The notes under the pieces were generated by a model that worked only from the letters and a program-made list of their open reading frames with translations, was not told where the DNA came from and ran no database searches. The position numbers and the translations under genes were made by a program. Below are positions 43,721 through 54,203 of a stretch of 64,000 bases of DNA, piece after piece. The stretch lies in the NCBI GenBank assembly GCA_965199855.1, contig OZ241326.1:2432001-2496000 (forward strand), read 5' to 3'. This stretch comes from a bacterium. GTDB lineage: Bacteria; UBA8248. Position 1 is the first letter of the stretch. Every line of letters begins with the position of its first letter.

Positions 43721-45970
43721 ATGCGAAAGACGATTTTTGCGGAAGCGCCCGCTCTTTCTTCGTTCAGAAGGCCGCGGGGCCGCCGCTCGAAGGGAGGAAT
43801 CTTCGGCCCGCTCCTCGCCGCGCTTCTCGCGGCGGCGTGCCTGCTTTCCGCCGGGGCGGCGCGGGCGCAAAGCGACTGCGGGACGCAGGAGGAGCCGGAA
43901 GAAAGGGCGCCTCAGAGGGGGGGAGGCTTCATCTTTATTGGAGGCCCGGGCCGGATAGAAGGAACTGTGGAGATTCGTAATCGGTCGCCGATTCATCTGA
44001 CGCACGAAGGGACGATCACCGCCGAGGAGGACGGCGTTCGGGCGTGCCACCCCACAGAGCGCGACGACAACCCCGAGATCGCCGTAACCATCGCCGAGAG
44101 CGGTCGGGTCACCGGCGGGCGGAACGGCATCTACGTCGGGAGCGCGGGTCTCGTTGAGGGGAGCGACTCTCTCCGCGACCAGAGCGTTACCGTGAACGGG
44201 CGGGTTTCGGGCGGAACGGGCGCGGGCGTCTATATGAAGGGCGGCGGCCGGCTGACCGTGGGCGCTACGGGCGTGGTGGGCGCGGAATCGGGCGTGGGCG
44301 TTTTGTCGGACGGGTCGGGGGATTTGACGGCGACCGTGGCCGGGCGGATCGAGGGCGACGTCCGCAACGCGGGGGGCGCGCTCATGCTGACGACGACGGC
44401 GGGGAGCGTGATCACGGGAACCGTCCACGATCCCGTCGGCCCGGTGATGGTTCCGGGGAGCGTCGGGCGGATTTTGCTGGCGGAAGGCGGGGAGGTGACG
44501 GTTCCCGCCGCGGGTCGGCTCACGGGCGTGGACGGAGAGGCGCTCCGGAGCGAGGCGGGCGACCTGCGCGTCTCCATAGCCGGGAGGATCAAGGGCGACG
44601 TCCGGAGCCTGGGCGGCGACCTCACGGCGACGATATCCGGGACGGTTGAAGGCGACGTGGAGGGTCTGGGGGCGGGCGATCACGCGGTCACGGTCTCCTC
44701 GGGCGGCGTGGTGACGGGGGAGATTCATCTGGCGGCGAGCGCCGTGACGGTGGACGGAACCGTGGGCAGCGTTCGCTTCGACGGCGGCGGAACCCTCACG
44801 GTGGGCCCGACGGGCCGGATTCTCTCGCGGGCGGGGGCGGCGGTCAGCAACGCGGAGGGCGACCTGGGCGTGACGATTCACGTAGCCTCCGGCGAGCGGC
44901 CGGATCAGGCGGCCGCGCGGGTTCAGGGGAGAATCGAGGGCGCGGCGGACGGCGAGACGACCGTGACGCTGGTCGGGGCGAGCGGGCGCGCCGTCCGTCC
45001 GGGCGCGATCGGCTCGCGGGAGGCGGCGCCCTCGGGCGCCTACGACGTGGGCGTGTCGGCGTCCGCGGGGGGCGGCGTCTCCGTCGTGAGCGTCTTCGCT
45101 CCCCGCGCGCGGGTCTATGAGGCGCTGCCCTCCGTTCTGCTGGGCATGAGCGGCCTTCTCTCGCATGAGGAGCGCATGGCGTCGCCCCGCTCGTCAAGGG
45201 GCGTCTGGGCGCGCGTGGAGGGCGCGAGCGGCGACTGGAAGGCGGACGCCTCGACCAGCGGGGGCGTGGAATACGAAGCGAGACGCTACGGCGTCCGCGT
45301 AGGCGTGGACGCCTCTCTCGGCGCGAACGCCCTGCTCGGCTTCTCCGCCCATCACGGGCGCGGCTCGGCGGATGTTGCGGACGGCGGGGATATAGAGGTT
45401 TCCGGGAACGGTCTGGGCGTCTCCGCGTCCTACATGTTCGGCGGGGGCCTCTATCTGGACGGGCAGGTCGAGGCGACCTGGCATGAGGCGGATCTGGAAT
45501 CCGACCTGCGCGGCAAGCTGAAAACCGGCGTCTCCGGCTTCGGCTGGGCGGCGGGCGTCGAGCTGGGTCGCCGGGTGGAATCGGCGGGGCTCCTCTTCAC
45601 GCCGAGCGCGCGTCTGACGCGGGCTTCCGTTTCGATGGACAAGTTCACGGACGCGGTGGGCTCCGCCGTCTCGCTCGAGGACGGCGACCGCTTCACGGGC
45701 GGGGTGGGGATGCGCGTGGAGAAGGAGACGGGCGCGGGGCGTCTGTTCGTCGCGGTCGGCTTCGAGCATGACTTCTCGGCGAAGACGAGCGTGGAGGTCT
45801 CGGACGTCCGGCTCGAATCCGAAGGCGAGCCCTCGAGGCTTCGCCTGCGCGCGGGCGGCGTCCGCGCCTGGAGCGACGGCGAATACGCCGTTCGCGGCTC
45901 CGTGGACTACGCGACCTCCGGCGACGGCCACGAGCTCGGCGGAAGCCTGAGCCTCCAGGTGCGGTTCTAG
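43721..45970 (+). CDS. Autotransporter (type Va) AT3, 749 aa
   Basis: AAGGA RBS before MRKTIF, signal peptide ending AARA-Q, G/V-rich passenger, linker PRARVYEALPSVLL and barrel ending QVRF. Confidence 0.9.
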   Translation: MRKTIFAEAPALSSFRRPRGRRSKGGIFGPLLAALLAAACLLSAGAARAQSDCGTQEEPEERAPQRGGGFIFIGGPGRIEGTVEIRNRSPIHLTHEGTITAEEDGVRACHPTERDDNPEIAVTIAESGRVTGGRNGIYVGSAGLVEGSDSLRDQSVTVNGRVSGGTGAGVYMKGGGRLTVGATGVVGAESGVGVLSDGSGDLTATVAGRIEGDVRNAGGALMLTTTAGSVITGTVHDPVGPVMVPGSVGRILLAEGGEVTVPAAGRLTGVDGEALRSEAGDLRVSIAGRIKGDVRSLGGDLTATISGTVEGDVEGLGAGDHAVTVSSGGVVTGEIHLAASAVTVDGTVGSVRFDGGGTLTVGPTGRILSRAGAAVSNAEGDLGVTIHVASGERPDQAAARVQGRIEGAADGETTVTLVGASGRAVRPGAIGSREAAPSGAYDVGVSASAGGGVSVVSVFAPRARVYEALPSVLLGMSGLLSHEERMASPRSSRGVWARVEGASGDWKADASTSGGVEYEARRYGVRVGVDASLGANALLGFSAHHGRGSADVADGGDIEVSGNGLGVSASYMFGGGLYLDGQVEATWHEADLESDLRGKLKTGVSGFGWAAGVELGRRVESAGLLFTPSARLTRASVSMDKFTDAVGSAVSLEDGDRFTGGVGMRVEKETGAGRLFVAVGFEHDFSAKTSVEVSDVRLESEGEPSRLRLRAGGVRAWSDGEYAVRGSVDYATSGDGHELGGSLSLQVRF

Positions 45971-46069
45971 GAGGCGGGCGAACGCCTGACGGATTCACCA
46001 CCGGGCGCGGGGATCCACCGACGATCCCCGCGCCCGGTTTTCGTTTTGCGGGGTGAATCCGTTGGATCC

Positions 46070-46465
46070 GTAGGGGCGGTTCGAAAACCGCCCGCCCGCA
46101 TCAACGTGAACGGCGCGGGACGCATGAATGCGTCCCCTACAAAACCAGAACCGCCCGTAGGGGCCGCGAATTCGCGCCCCGTTCGCGGGCCCGGCGATGA
46201 CGCCGCGCGCGGTGATTTGGCCCCTCCGTGGGGGGACACAACCCCCCGTGGTTGTCCGCCCCGTATCCTCATTCCGCCGGGGCCCAAGAATCCCGTAGAG
46301 GTCGTTCGGGAACGCCCCGCCGCCGCCGATGCGAATCCTCCCCCAAATGGGCGGTTCTCGAATTGCGGGGCGGCCCCGGGGAGGGGCCGCCCCTGCGAAA
46401 CCCTCGCCGCCCTCGCCCGTGGGTGAAGCCGCCGAGGGGTGGTTCCCACGCATTCATGCGTCCCG
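46070..46465. repeat. REP cluster 5
   Basis: GTAGGGGCGGTTCGAAAACCGCCC, GGGACGCATGAATGCGTCCCCTAC, GTAGGGGCCGCGAATTCGCGCCCC and related hairpins. Confidence 0.85.
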
Positions 46466-46901
46466 TTTCGCTCCGCGAAAGCCGTGGATGCGCTTTTGCG
46501 AATTTCTGCAAAATCAGACGAATTCAAGGCCAATATAGACAAATACGCAGCTGTTTTCCGGCCTTTTTCCACCCCTTAGAGACCCCTTTGACCATCCCGC
46601 CCGCTCCCCGATTCGCCCGCTTTCCCTCCCCCCGGAGGCGCACTTCCGCCGCACCAGGAATATACCCCGGCCCGGCGCCGTCTCCGCCCCGCAAATGCGG
46701 GCAGTTGCGGGCAAATGCACGGCGATGTTCCGCGTGGAGCAATTCGAGGGCGGAATTTTCGGGGAAAACGCCCCTCCCCCGGTGGAGCCTCGCCCCGCTT
46801 CGCCCTATAATGGCGGCGCAGCGGCCAAAACGGCGTCAAGGCGCGGCGGGAAGGGGCGGGTCGCCGCCTCCAGCCGCGCGGCGAAGCGAAGGGAACCGGC
46901 C

Positions 46902-47810
46902 TTGTTGAATCCCGAGAATCCTCCCGTCGCGTGCGTCCTGGGCTTCGGCATGGCGGGGCGTCCCATCGCCCGGGGGCTGGCCGAGGAGGGCGCGGCGCGG
47001 GTGCGCGTCTGGAAACGGGCGCCCTGGCGGCCGGAGCATCTCGCCGCCGCCTCCCATCCCCGAATCCGCATGACGGAATCTCTCGAAGAGGCCCTCGCGG
47101 GCGCGGACGTCGTCCTCTCGCTTCTCACGCCGGACGCCGCCCTGGACGCGGCGCGCGCGGCCGCCCCCTTCCTGGCGAACGCCGTTTATCTCGATTTGAA
47201 CACCACCACGCCGGAGGTGAAGCGCGAGATCGGCCGCGTCGTCGAGGCGGGCGGAGGCAGGGCGGTGGATGGGGCGATATGCGACCCGGCGGAAGTCTAT
47301 GGCCACCGGGTCGCCACGCTCATATCGGGGACGGAAGCCGAGTCGCTGGGCGCGATCATGGCGCGCTGCGGGATGCGCCTGCGGGCGATAGGCGAGCGCG
47401 TGGGCGACGCCTCCGCCCTCAAGGTCGTGCGCAGCGCGTTCACGAAGGGGCTGATGATGACGCTTCTCGAGTCCATCGAGGCGGCGAGGCGCTGCGGGCT
47501 GGCGGAGGAGCTCCTCGACTCCATCGCCGGCACCGTGGAGGGACTCCCGCTCAGGGACCTCGCGCTCAGCCTGGCGGGCACGAGCCTCATCGCCGCCGGC
47601 AGGCGAGCGCGGGAGATGGAGGGAGTCGTCGCGACCCTTGACGCGCTGGGGGTGGACGCGCGAATCAGCGCCGCCGCGCTCGAGAAGTTCCGCTGGCTGG
47701 AGGGCTTCGACTTCCACGGCGCGCTGGGAGGCGTGCCGCCCGAATCCATCGAGGCCATGCTTCGCGCGCTGGAGGGCGTATTCGACGCCCCGGCCGGCCC
47801 CGCGGGGTGA
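46902..47810 (+). CDS. NAD(P)-dependent oxidoreductase (3-hydroxyisobutyrate/6-phosphogluconate dehydrogenase-like)
   Basis: LGFGMAG Rossmann motif, YLDLNT and ASALKVVRSAFTKG; start codon uncertain. Confidence 0.8.
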   Translation: MLNPENPPVACVLGFGMAGRPIARGLAEEGAARVRVWKRAPWRPEHLAAASHPRIRMTESLEEALAGADVVLSLLTPDAALDAARAAAPFLANAVYLDLNTTTPEVKREIGRVVEAGGGRAVDGAICDPAEVYGHRVATLISGTEAESLGAIMARCGMRLRAIGERVGDASALKVVRSAFTKGLMMTLLESIEAARRCGLAEELLDSIAGTVEGLPLRDLALSLAGTSLIAAGRRAREMEGVVATLDALGVDARISAAALEKFRWLEGFDFHGALGGVPPESIEAMLRALEGVFDAPAGPAG

Positions 47811-48003
47811 GGCGCGCCCCGCCTCGTCCGGGAGAATGTGAAATTCGCGCCCCCCGCCGCTTGATTTTCCCCGGCGGCGTCTGGTAGCATCACGTCGCGT
47901 TCGGGATCGCCCCGGGGAGGCGGCCCGGACGCGAACCGCCGGGGGCCGCTCTCCCGGGCGTTCGGATCGCGGCAGTTTTCACCATCTGAGGGAGGGGTCA
48001 TCC

Positions 48004-48315
48004 ATGACATTTGTCATCGGCGAGAAATGCCTGGGCGAGCGCTACGCGACCTGCGTGAGCGTCTGCCCGGTGGACTGCATGCACCCGGGCGAATACAGGG
48101 GCGAGCCTTTCCTGATCATCGACCCCGAGGAGTGCATCGACTGCGGCGTCTGCCAGCCGGAGTGCCCGATTGACGCCATCCTGGAGACCGAGGACGACGA
48201 TCCCGAATGGGCGGCCATCAACGCGGAGCTCGCCGAGGAGTTCAAGAACAACGAGCCGGTCGAGCCGCGCCCGGCGAACGACCCGCCCAGAAAGCCGGGC
48301 AACGAGCTGCGCTAG
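48004..48315 (+). CDS. Ferredoxin (FdxA-like)
   Basis: CVSVCPVDC and CIDCGVCQPECP; GGAGG RBS. Confidence 0.9.
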   Translation: MTFVIGEKCLGERYATCVSVCPVDCMHPGEYRGEPFLIIDPEECIDCGVCQPECPIDAILETEDDDPEWAAINAELAEEFKNNEPVEPRPANDPPRKPGNELR

Positions 48316-48334
48316 CCCCGTCTCGCGGATTCAG

Positions 48335-48365
48335 ACGCCGCGGCCCCCGGGCCGCGGCGTTTTTT
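48335..48365 (+). terminator. Rho-independent terminator
   Basis: ACGCCGCGGCC...GGCCGCGGCGT stem followed by a T run. Confidence 0.75.
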
Positions 48366-48381
48366 CGCGCGCGGCGCCTTC

Positions 48382-49224
48382 CTACCTCTCGATCGGAAAG
48401 CCCACGATGCTGCCCCACTCCGTCCAGGAGCCGTCGTAGATTTTCACGTTCTCATAGCCCAGCAAATGCTTCATGGCGAACCAGACCAGACTGGCCCGGT
48501 GGCTCAGGCGTCAGTAGAGCGTCAGTTCGACATCCTCCGCCGCCCCCGCCCCGGCCAGGACGCGCCTGAGCGCCTCCGGCTCCCTGTAGGCGTCGTCGTC
48601 ATCCAGCAGTTCGCGGAAAAACAGGTGCGCCGCCCCCGGAATGCGCCCCGCGCGCTCGGCGCCGTGGTCGAAGCCGGGCGGCGGCATCACCCGCTCGCCG
48701 CGGTATTCCTCGGGCGAGCGCACGTCCAGCAGCTTCCGGCCCGGCCTGCCGAGGCCCGCGCGAATCTCGTCGCGCCCCACGCTCAGGCTCTCCCCCGCTC
48801 CCGGCGCGGGAGGGGGAACCGGGGAGGCGGCCGGCGCCTCCTTCGAGAGGGGCCGCCCCTCGGCCGTCCATTTCTTCTTCGCCCCGTCCAGGAGCTTCAG
48901 GCCGGAGAAGCCCGCCATCCTCAAAACCCAGAAGGCGTAGGTTCCGAACTGCACGGGGTCGCCGTAGAGGACGATGGCCGCGTCCGCCCCGACGCCCATG
49001 CGCCCCAGCCGCTCCGCCAGCGCGCCGGGGGCGGCGAAGGCGCGATCCGTCTCGTGCCAGAGTGCCTCCTTCCAGAACCACCAATGCGCCCCCGGAACGT
49101 GGCCTTCGCGGTAGGAGGCGTCATCACTCGAGGCGGACACCTCGATGACGCGGAGATTCGGATTTTCGAGATTTTCGGCGAGCCACGCCGTCGAGACGAG
49201 CGGGGAAGAGTCAGCCGGCGTCAT
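48382..49224 (-). CDS. Probable selenoprotein: two-domain sulfurtransferase/rhodanese (SseA/CysA-like), 280 aa
   Basis: In-frame TGA at 48511-48513 reads LY-U-RLSHRA at the active-site loop. The frame continues to the signature YDGSWTEWG and a TAG at 48382. AAGGAGG RBS before MTPADS. Confidence 0.88.
48480..48500 (-). promoter_or_regulatory. Candidate bacterial SECIS element
   Basis: ACCGGGCC-AGTCT-GGTCTGGT stem (two G-U pairs); the loop begins 18 nt after the UGA. Confidence 0.7.
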
Positions 49225-49366
49225 GCTGGAGCGTCCTCCTTGAAGCATGGGAGCGAGCGGCGCCGAGGCGCCGAATTCACGGCCGCCGGGAGCGTCATTC
49301 TACGCATCCTCCGCGCGCGCCGCATCTTCGAGGGGATGCGGGCGTCCGGGCGCGCTCGGTCGAAAA

Positions 49367-50791
49367 TCATCCCTCGACGACCGGCGGCCTTCTGCGCCTG
49401 ATCTCCGGCGTCGCCTCCTCGAAGGCGTGGGCCGCGCGCAGGACGCGGGCCTCCTCCCAGGGCGGCCCCACGAGCTGGACGGAGACGGGCAGGCCCTCCG
49501 CGCTGAAGCCCGACGGCGCGGCGAGGGCGGGGAAGCCGAACAGGTTCCAGGGGCCGAGCTGGGGCCGGCCGAGGCCGGAGAAGGGGACTTCGCGCCCGTT
49601 CACGCGGCCCATCGCCGTGGCGATCGGCGCGGCGGGACAGGGGTAGCCCGGCGCGAGAATGACGTCCGCCTCGCCGAACGCCTTCTCCATCTCGCGGGCG
49701 AGGACGCGCCTCTCCCGGAGGGCGCGGACGTATTCGTCGAGCGTCGCGCGGCTCGCGCCCTCGAGGCGCGCCCGAACGTCCTCCCCGAATTTTTCAGGAC
49801 GGCTTTGGAGCCGCTCGCGGTGAACCGCGAACAGCTCGGCGTCCGCGATGACGCGGCGAACCTCCTCCGCCCGCGCCGCGCGGGGAAAGCGAACCTCGAC
49901 GAGGACGCCGCCCAGCGCCTCCATGGTCGAGAGCGCGCCCTCGAAGCCCTCCTGAACGGAGGCGTCGTTTTCGGGAAGATGGAAATCCTCGCAGACGCCG
50001 AAGCGCATCCCCCGGACGCCCGCGTCCAGCCCCGCGCGGAAATCGGGAGCCGCGCGATCCGCCGAGCCCGGATCCAGCGGGTCGTAGCCCGCCATGCCCC
50101 GGAGGGCGAGGCCGCAGTCGCGCGCCGTTCTGGCGAGGGGGCCGGCGTGGTCGAGCGTGGGGGCGTTCGGAAACGCGCCGCGCAGGCTCACCCGCCCGTA
50201 GGAGGGCTTGAGGCCCATCGTCCCGCAGGCGCCCGCCGGCCCCCGGATGGAGCCGCCCGTGTCGGTGCCGACGGCGGCGGAACACAGGAACGCGGCCACC
50301 GCCGCGCCCGAGCCGCCGCTCGATCCGCCCGCGACCCGCTCCTCGTCCCAGGGGTTTCGACAGGCGCCGTAATGGGGGTTCACGGTGGTGGAGCCCGCCG
50401 CGAACTCGTGCGTGTTGCACTTTCCGACGAGGACGGCGCCCGCCGCCCTGAGCCGCCTCACGCACTCCGCGTCCTCGCCCGGAACGTTGTCGGAGAAAAA
50501 GCTGGACCCCTGCGTCGTCAGGACGCCCGCCGTGTCCACGATGTCCTTGACGCCCACGGGAACGCCGTGGAGCGGCCCCCGGTAGTTTCCGCCCTGAATC
50601 TCCTCCTCCGCCCTTCGCGCGTCTTCGGTCGCCTCCTCCGCGCAGACGGTGATGAAGGCGTTGATCCGGGGGTTGAGCGCCTCGATGCGCCGCAGATGCG
50701 CCTCCACGGCCTCCCGGGGCGAGATTTTCTTCTCCCCGATCAGCCGGGAAAGCTCATGCAGCGAGAGAAAAACCAGCTCGTCGGCGCTCAT
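49367..50791 (-). CDS. Amidase signature family protein
   Basis: Motifs GPLHGVPVGVKD, GGSSGGS and GTDTGGSIR. Confidence 0.9.
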   Translation of the reverse strand: MSADELVFLSLHELSRLIGEKKISPREAVEAHLRRIEALNPRINAFITVCAEEATEDARRAEEEIQGGNYRGPLHGVPVGVKDIVDTAGVLTTQGSSFFSDNVPGEDAECVRRLRAAGAVLVGKCNTHEFAAGSTTVNPHYGACRNPWDEERVAGGSSGGSGAAVAAFLCSAAVGTDTGGSIRGPAGACGTMGLKPSYGRVSLRGAFPNAPTLDHAGPLARTARDCGLALRGMAGYDPLDPGSADRAAPDFRAGLDAGVRGMRFGVCEDFHLPENDASVQEGFEGALSTMEALGGVLVEVRFPRAARAEEVRRVIADAELFAVHRERLQSRPEKFGEDVRARLEGASRATLDEYVRALRERRVLAREMEKAFGEADVILAPGYPCPAAPIATAMGRVNGREVPFSGLGRPQLGPWNLFGFPALAAPSGFSAEGLPVSVQLVGPPWEEARVLRAAHAFEEATPEIRRRRPPVVEG

Positions 50792-51023
50792 GTCAGCCTC
50801 CCCTGCGCGGCGTGCCTTTTGGTTCAATCGGGTCGATGAATTCTCATCCTAGCACGACGCGGCGGCTTTCGCCCCCGACCCCGGACGCGCCGAAGCGAAA
50901 TTTTTCCTCCTCTCCGCCCTCCCCGCGCGCGGCGTTGCGCCTCGCGCGGTGATGGGGTGAAATGCGCGGCAAAGGCGGGAGAAGCCTGAGGACGCGGCGA
51001 CCATTCCATGAGGGCGCATTTCC

Positions 51024-52175
51024 ATGAAAGACGACGTTTTCGACGCCCTGGTGATCGGCGGGGGAATCAACGGCCTTTGCGCCCTTTATCACCTGAAGCG
51101 CCTGGGCGCCGGGCGCGTCGGGCTGGTGGAGCGCTTCGCCATCGGGCACGACCGGGGCAGCTCGCACGGGGCGGCGCGCGTGACGAGAAGCGCCTACGCC
51201 GCCCCCGAATACGTCCGCCTCATGCAGCGGGTGCATCAAGAGGAATGGCCGAGGCTCGAGAAGGACCTGGGCCGCCGGCTCGTCCACCCGAATCCCGGTA
51301 TTTTCACCGGGCCGCCCTGCGCGCGCTTCGACCGCTACGTCCGCGCGGTGGAGCGGGAGGGCGTGGACGCCGAGACGCTCTCCCCGGCCGAGGCGCGCGG
51401 GCGCTACCCCCAGTTCACCTTCGGAAACGCCGAGCGGGTCCTGCTGGACAGGACGGCGGGCGTCGTGGCCGCCGAAGAGGCGGTGGCCTCTCTCGCCGCC
51501 TTCGCCCGCGAGAGGGGCGCGGCGATCCATGAGAACGCCGTCGTCCGCGCCATCGACCCGACGGCCGACCCCGTGAGGGTGGAGACGAGCCGGGGCGCGC
51601 TGCGCGCCGGGCGCCTGATCGTGGCGGCGGGCGCCTGGGCGCGGGATTTCCTCCCGTTTCTGAAGCCCAGGATCACCGTCGCCCGCCAGACGGTGGGCTA
51701 CTTCTCGCCCGCGGGCGATCCGGCGGACTACCGCCCCGGCCGCTTTCCCGTCTGGGTGTACATGGAGGAGGACGAGAACCACCTTTTCTACGGGATGCCG
51801 GAGTTCGGCCGCGCGGGCGTCAAGGTGGGCCGCCACCTGAGAGCGGGCGTGGACGACGACCCAGACGACGCGCCCGCGGCCGTCTCCGGGGAGAAGATAG
51901 AGGACTTGCGGCGCTTCATGGCGGGGTTCTTCGCCTGTCCGGAATGGACGCTCGCGGGCGCCGAGCATTGCCTCTACGCCAACGCCCCGAACGAGGACTT
52001 CATCATCGACCTGCACCCGGAGAACCCGCGCGTCGCCTTCGGCGCGGGCTTCTCGGGCCACGGCTTCAAGTTCGCCCCCCTCACGGGCAGGCTTCTGGCC
52101 GAGCTGGTCTGGGAGGGGAAGGCGTCCATCCCCGAGGCCGACCTGGCGCGCCGCCTCTTCTCGCTCGAAAAATAG
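51024..52175 (+). CDS. Monomeric sarcosine / N-methyl-L-tryptophan oxidase family FAD enzyme
   Basis: Motifs IGGGING, GSSHG..R..R, CLY covalent-flavin Cys and GFSGHGFKFAP. Confidence 0.88.
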   Translation: MKDDVFDALVIGGGINGLCALYHLKRLGAGRVGLVERFAIGHDRGSSHGAARVTRSAYAAPEYVRLMQRVHQEEWPRLEKDLGRRLVHPNPGIFTGPPCARFDRYVRAVEREGVDAETLSPAEARGRYPQFTFGNAERVLLDRTAGVVAAEEAVASLAAFARERGAAIHENAVVRAIDPTADPVRVETSRGALRAGRLIVAAGAWARDFLPFLKPRITVARQTVGYFSPAGDPADYRPGRFPVWVYMEEDENHLFYGMPEFGRAGVKVGRHLRAGVDDDPDDAPAAVSGEKIEDLRRFMAGFFACPEWTLAGAEHCLYANAPNEDFIIDLHPENPRVAFGAGFSGHGFKFAPLTGRLLAELVWEGKASIPEADLARRLFSLEK

Positions 52176-52194
52176 GGCTTCCGGCGGCCGAGCC

Positions 52195-52653
52195 TCATGC
52201 GGCGGGGTCTTTCGGCCCGAGCGCGCCCCAGGAGGCGGCGCGCCCGGGCGTTATCTCTATCATCCACCTGTGGAGTTCGATATCCCCCCGATACTGCGCG
52301 TATTTCTCCCTCAACGCCTCCGCCGCCGCGTCGTAGGCGGCGTCCGTCTCCGCGTGGATGACGGCGGCGCTTCCGAAGACGATCACGAAGCCCAGGTTCG
52401 CCCAGTCGTCCTCGTAATGATCCACTAGGAACGCGACCTTCCCGTTCTCGCGGACGTTGTCGAGCCGCTTGAGACGCTCGGCGTCCTTCTTCTGCTTGCC
52501 GTCCACGGGAACGTATATCTTTCCGTTCGCCACGGCGAACACCACGGGCACGACGTGGGGCGCGCCCTGGCTGTCCGCCGTCGCCAGCCGCGCCGCGCGG
52601 GCGCCCTGCAGAAAGGCGCGCGCCTCGTCCGTCAACAGGGATTTCATGCTCAT
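52195..52653 (-). CDS. PPOX-class (pyridoxamine 5'-phosphate oxidase-like) flavin/F420-binding protein
   Basis: Motifs ARLATAD...PHVVPVVFA, LKRLDNVREN and VDHYEDDW. Confidence 0.8.
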   Translation of the reverse strand: MSMKSLLTDEARAFLQGARAARLATADSQGAPHVVPVVFAVANGKIYVPVDGKQKKDAERLKRLDNVRENGKVAFLVDHYEDDWANLGFVIVFGSAAVIHAETDAAYDAAAEALREKYAQYRGDIELHRWMIEITPGRAASWGALGPKDPAA

Positions 52654-54203
52654 CCTCCCGCCTCGCCGTATCCCCCGCCGCCCGGCGTGATGAGCGTGAG
52701 AACGTCGCCCGGCGCCATCTCGGTGGTGACCTTCGGGTCGATTTCCTCGCCGTTGACGCGCACCTGCCCCCGCGCGCCCGCGCCGCCGCCGAACAGCCCC
52801 GGGGCGGGCGACTTCGTGCGCTCGGCCATGAACGAGACCGTGACGCGCGCCGGCGAATCGTTCCTGAGGACGATACGCTGCCCGCAGCCCCCCCGGAACC
52901 TGCCGGCCCCGCCCGAATCCCGAAGTATCGTCTTCTCCAGCAGGGTGAAGGGCGAGATGCGCTCGATGACCTCAATCGGCGTGTGCGAGACGTTGCTGGG
53001 ATAGCTCAGGCACGCATGGCCGTCTCCGCGCGCGGTGGCGCCCGTCCCCCCGTTCTGGAAGAAAAGCCCCGCCGCGCGCGCCCCCCGCCTGTCGAGTCCC
53101 GCGTAGTTCACGCACCACAGCGGCGAGCCGCTCGCCGCGGGGACGCGCTCGGGGATGACGGGAGCGAGCGCCGCGAAAACGGCGGCGGGCAGGTAATGGC
53201 CCACCAGCATCCTGCCCCCGCCGGCCGCCGGGCGCAGGGGATCGAGAATGCTGCCCGCCTCCGTTCTGACCTGGATCGGCCGGAAGCATCCCTCGTTGTT
53301 GGGAACCTCCGGGCAGAGGACGCATTTCACGGGATAGACCGAATACGCATAGGTGTAGTTGTAGGCCACGTTCAGGGCGCGATCCACCTGGGGGGAGGAG
53401 CCCGCGTAGTCGATCGCCAAGGAGTCGCCCCTCTTCTCGACCCGCGCCCTCACGCGAATCGGCTCCGCCAGACCGTCCGTCTCGACCTCCGAGCGGAATT
53501 CCCCGTCCGGCAAATCGCGCAGGGCGTCCCGCATGGCCTTCTCCGAGCGTCCCTGAATCTCCTTCGTCAGCGCGCGCAAATCCTCCAGGCCGTATTCCTC
53601 CAGTAAGGCGTCCAGCCGCTTCTCCGCCAGCCGGTTCGCCGTGATCTGGGCGTCGATGTCGCCCATCACCAGATCGGGGACGCGCACGTTGCAGCGAATG
53701 AGGTCGAGGAGCGTCCGGTCCGGCTCGCCGCGCCTGTGCATCTTCATCATGGGAATCTGGAGGCCCTCCTCATAGACCTCCCTGGGGTCGGGGGATCGGA
53801 TTTTCCCGCCGATGTCCGGCAGGTGGGCCGTGCTGGCGGAAAAGCCGATGAACTTCCCCCGGTGGAACACCGGCTTGACGATGTTCACGTCGGGCAGATG
53901 GCCGGTTCCGTGCCAGATGTCGTTGGTGACGAGGATGTCGCCGGGTTCGAGCGTCTCCGGCGGATACTTTTTCAGAAAATGGCGAACCGTGATCGGCAGG
54001 GTGCCGATGAACGAGGCGATGCTGGCGGAGGACTGCGCCAGGGAGCGGCCCCGATCGTCGGTCAGCACGCAGGAAAAATCGTTCGACTCGCGTACCAGCG
54101 TGGAAAAGGAGGTGCGCGCGAGGGTCGCCGCCGCCTCGTCCACAACGCCGATGAGCCTTCGCCAGAGCACTTCCAGCGTGATGGGGTCGAACGCCATCCT
54201 CAC
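52650..54203 (-). CDS. Hydantoinase B / oxoprolinase family protein
   Basis: Motifs DPITLEVLW, GHLPD, HLPDIGG and TPGGGGYG. Confidence 0.9.
   Translation of the reverse strand: MRMAFDPITLEVLWRRLIGVVDEAAATLARTSFSTLVRESNDFSCVLTDDRGRSLAQSSASIASFIGTLPITVRHFLKKYPPETLEPGDILVTNDIWHGTGHLPDVNIVKPVFHRGKFIGFSASTAHLPDIGGKIRSPDPREVYEEGLQIPMMKMHRRGEPDRTLLDLIRCNVRVPDLVMGDIDAQITANRLAEKRLDALLEEYGLEDLRALTKEIQGRSEKAMRDALRDLPDGEFRSEVETDGLAEPIRVRARVEKRGDSLAIDYAGSSPQVDRALNVAYNYTYAYSVYPVKCVLCPEVPNNEGCFRPIQVRTEAGSILDPLRPAAGGGRMLVGHYLPAAVFAALAPVIPERVPAASGSPLWCVNYAGLDRRGARAAGLFFQNGGTGATARGDGHACLSYPSNVSHTPIEVIERISPFTLLEKTILRDSGGAGRFRGGCGQRIVLRNDSPARVTVSFMAERTKSPAPGLFGGGAGARGQVRVNGEEIDPKVTTEMAPGDVLTLITPGGGGYGEAGG

Noticed and set aside
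44210-44757. AT2/AT3 shared block as a diversity-generating retroelement TR/VR pair
   Set aside because: Several differences are at A, but many are not. Both copies are mid-gene coding sequence and no reverse transcriptase is present in the window.
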